64,000 bases of DNA from Candidatus Dojkabacteria bacterium (GTDB lineage: Bacteria > Patescibacteriota > Dojkabacteria > B142 > WJKM01): positions 234,852 through 298,851 of the forward strand of contig WJKM01000011.1 of NCBI GenBank assembly GCA_014729085.1, read 5' to 3'. Under the pieces are notes generated by a model. The model searched no databases and was not told the origin of the DNA. It worked only from the letters and a program-made list of their open reading frames with translations. Below are positions 61,402-64,000 of the stretch, piece by piece; the first letter of the stretch is position 1, and each line of letters starts with the position of its first letter. The translations under genes were made by a program, and so were the position numbers.

Positions 61402-61455
61402 TTTTGTTTGCAAAGTTGCAAACTATTAAACATATTTCAATCCATCTTATATAAT
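61402..61455 (+). promoter_or_regulatory. Palindromic operator GTTTGCA-N4-TGCAAAC plus TATAAT (site 3)
   Basis: Perfect palindrome arms 61406-61423 preceded by TTTT; TATAAT 61450-61455. Confidence 0.75.
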
Positions 61456-61488
61456 TTATATATATTTAAAGTTTTTATATAATAAATT

Positions 61489-62262
61489 ATGGAATTACCT
61501 CCAGATATTAATTTAAATGGAATACCGGACGATCAAGATCCATTTATAGAGGGATATGGTATAAATTTTGATACTGATGGCAACAGTGTTGTTGATTTTT
61601 TAGATATACAAAATCCTGAGCATCCATATCATGCACACGCAAATTTGTTAGATCCAGCTTTAGTAAGGGCATATACGGGATATGAGAATGGTGAGAATGG
61701 GATTTACCATGCAGACCAGGATCATGATGGACTCCACGATCAGGAAGATCAGTACCCAGCTAGACCTGATAATAATCTTAATGGGATATTAGATGGAAAT
61801 GATCCTTTTTACGAAATAAGTCCTACAAGTGTCGATGTTGATGGTAATAGTGTAGTTGATTTTTTAGATGTATACTGGAATCCTGATCACCCGCATCATC
61901 ATTTATTAGACCCTAGATTGGTTAGAGAATACACTGAGAATTTTCGGGGCCACGATCAAGGAGTGAATGGAGAATTTCATTTAGACCAAGATCATGATGG
62001 ATACCATGTATTTGAAGATCCTGATGACCAGGATCCAAATATTCCTGAAAAACAACCTGAGGTGGAAGAAGAGAGTGACGTATTAGAACCCCAGGTAGTA
62101 GAAAATCCACCTTCGGATAATAATGTAGTCGAGGTTGCTCCTCAGAACGTTACATCAATAAGTTTGAAACCATCAGCTGAAATAATGGATAAAGATAATA
62201 AACGTGTTTTACCAAAGACAAAGGGATTTTATTTTGATCAGCACCCAAAACCAAAGGATTAA
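61489..62262 (+). CDS. Asp/His-rich protein with two internal repeats of DxDG(N) loops (TSP3-like)
   Basis: NLNGI.D..DPF, D.DGNSVVDFLD, LLDP.LVR.YT and H.DQDHDG.H each occur twice. Confidence 0.8.
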   Translation: MELPPDINLNGIPDDQDPFIEGYGINFDTDGNSVVDFLDIQNPEHPYHAHANLLDPALVRAYTGYENGENGIYHADQDHDGLHDQEDQYPARPDNNLNGILDGNDPFYEISPTSVDVDGNSVVDFLDVYWNPDHPHHHLLDPRLVREYTENFRGHDQGVNGEFHLDQDHDGYHVFEDPDDQDPNIPEKQPEVEEESDVLEPQVVENPPSDNNVVEVAPQNVTSISLKPSAEIMDKDNKRVLPKTKGFYFDQHPKPKD

Positions 62263-62335
62263 AGAAGCGATTTTGAATATTTCGTCTCCATAAAACACAA
62301 AATAACGTTACTTTATAGCTTTTTAATCAAAAAAT

Positions 62336-62743
62336 ATGCAAGAGGATGAAACAAGGTGGTTTTCGGTTATACCCGAGGGAGGGTCAATATTTACTGATCC
62401 AGATGGAGGAAGACATTATTATTCTACCACGCTTGAAGGCCGTAGTACTGCTCCATATATACTGCCTTCTGTTGTTTGGTGTAATAGAATTCCAGTTTCC
62501 CCAGATGATAAATTTTATCAAGGGGTAGAGGTTGTTGATCCAGAAACTTGTCCTGCTAGGACAGAAGATAATAGATGTAGAGCATGTGGGGTATTCAAAG
62601 TTAGTGATCATGTTGATAATGCGGTTCCAGCACTATGTATTGTAAATACACCAGAAGAATTGAGGAGGAGACCGCAAGTTGGAATATGCCTTACAAATGA
62701 TATACATCGAGCCGCATTAAGAAGTGCTCTAGGGCCAGAATAA
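62336..62743 (+). CDS. Cys-rich, Lys-poor orphan protein
   Basis: 135 aa, CPARTEDNRCRAC plus three more Cys. Confidence 0.7.
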   Translation: MQEDETRWFSVIPEGGSIFTDPDGGRHYYSTTLEGRSTAPYILPSVVWCNRIPVSPDDKFYQGVEVVDPETCPARTEDNRCRACGVFKVSDHVDNAVPALCIVNTPEELRRRPQVGICLTNDIHRAALRSALGPE

Positions 62744-62752
62744 GAACAATTT

Positions 62753-63166
62753 GAAAAATTTACTCTTCTAAGATTTCAACTCCGTGTTCAAATATGCTTT
62801 TTCTAAAGTAGGTTACTTCGCCTGAACTGGGAGTGAGTACGGCAAGGAGCATCTGGATAGTTGTGGTTTTACCAGCTCCATTAGGACCAAGCAGTCCGAG
62901 AATTTCTCCTTCCTCGAGTTTAAAAGAAATATTATCAACTGCTGTAAAATCTTTAATTTTTTTAAATTCCTTACTTCTAAGATTGCCATATCAAACTAGA
63001 AACATCATTACTTAAATAGTCTATTGGAATAACGTATGCTCGTCAAAATTATGAGCATTGGTTTGTGGGTACTATTAATTTTTGTCAGTTAAATCTGCAT
63101 TTATTTGCTAATAAGTGTTGGTAAAATATACTATAATAAAGAGTTTTAATATAGTTATGTAATTAG
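62753..63166. repeat. Direct repeat copy 2, with a frameshifted ABC ATPase fragment and the probable metK promoter
   Basis: Matches 60823-61258 with small deletions; TATAAT at 63132-63137. Confidence 0.93.
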
Positions 63167-64000
63167 ATGCCGAAGTTATATACAAGCGAAAGCGTAACAG
63201 AAGGTCATCCTGACAAGCTTTGTGATCAGATAGTTGATACTATCTTAGACGAATGTCTGGAACAAGACTCGGAATCTAGAGTTGCAGTTGAAGCAATTTT
63301 AAAATCAAATAAAGCCGTTGTTTTTGGGGAAGTTACTTCTAAGGCAAAAATAGATGTAGCTCCTATGGTGAAAAAAATTTTAAAAGATGCAGGATACTCA
63401 AAAGAGTCATTAGGTTTTGGCCTTGATGATTTGAAGATAGTGGAATTTCTTTCTAAGCAAAGTGAAGATATCTCCCAAGGTGTTAGCGAAGACAAAGAAG
63501 GATTAAAAGAACAGGGAGCTGGAGATCAAGGAATTATGTACGGTTATGCTTGTCGGGACACTTCAGATTTTATGCCTCTTCCAATTACAATTGCACATAA
63601 GATAGCTGTGAAAATGGCCGAAGTAAGGAAAAAAGGTAAAATCGATTACTTAAGGCCTGACGGCAAAACCCAGGTTACATTTGAATATGAAAAAGGTAAG
63701 CCTAAAAGGTTGCATACTGTTGTACTTTCCTCTCAGCATAGCGAAGATGTGGAATTACAAGATTTAATAAAAGACATGAAAGCTAAAATCATCGAACCAG
63801 TATGTAGTGAATGGTTAGATCTGAATACAATATTTCATATTAATCCTACAGGAAGATTTGTTATTGGGGGCCCAGTTGCAGATTCGGGCCTATCTGGTAA
63901 AAAAACTGGTGTTGATACATACGGTGGTCTTGCTAAGCATGGCGGAGGCTCTTTCTCCGGGAAGGATCCATCAAAAGTAGATAGAAGTGCAACTTATGCG
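63167..64000 (+). CDS. metK: S-adenosylmethionine synthetase, 3'-truncated by the window edge
   Basis: MPKLYTSESVTEGHPDKLCDQI, GAGDQG, PDGKTQVT, NPTGRFVIGGP, GGGSFSGKDPSKVDRS. Confidence 0.97.
   Translation, partial: MPKLYTSESVTEGHPDKLCDQIVDTILDECLEQDSESRVAVEAILKSNKAVVFGEVTSKAKIDVAPMVKKILKDAGYSKESLGFGLDDLKIVEFLSKQSEDISQGVSEDKEGLKEQGAGDQGIMYGYACRDTSDFMPLPITIAHKIAVKMAEVRKKGKIDYLRPDGKTQVTFEYEKGKPKRLHTVVLSSQHSEDVELQDLIKDMKAKIIEPVCSEWLDLNTIFHINPTGRFVIGGPVADSGLSGKKTGVDTYGGLAKHGGGSFSGKDPSKVDRSATYA

Overview
AT-rich bacterial chromosomal window, most likely from a Patescibacteria (CPR) genome, possibly Dojkabacteria (inference from gene content: stand-alone VirD4-like ATPase, FtsA next to a baseplate-J-like gene, C-terminally shortened ValRS, few Shine-Dalgarno sites). 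Housekeeping genes (smpB, rnpA, rpmH, tatD, valS, xseAB, groEL/ES, ftsA, coaD-coaE, metK, two tRNAs) alternate with many orphan genes. No CRISPR array, rRNA or transposase was seen. Main observations: (1) an 18-bp palindrome GTTTGCA-N4-TGCAAAC at exactly the same distance upstream of TATAAT in three unlinked promoters, a candidate undescribed regulon; (2) a class of lysine-depleted, often Cys-rich orphan proteins, mostly starting Met-Glu and with their own promoters; (3) a pyrophosphatase-like domain inserted in ValRS; (4) a GIY-YIG nuclease/tRNA-3'-half unit duplicated in tandem and carrying short palindromic insertions; (5) two orphan genes flanked by a ~420-bp duplication that ends exactly at the metK start codon; (6) tRNA-Ile(UAU), plus Nudix-YbaK and CoaD-CoaE fusions. 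All calls come from reading motifs by eye; no searches were run.
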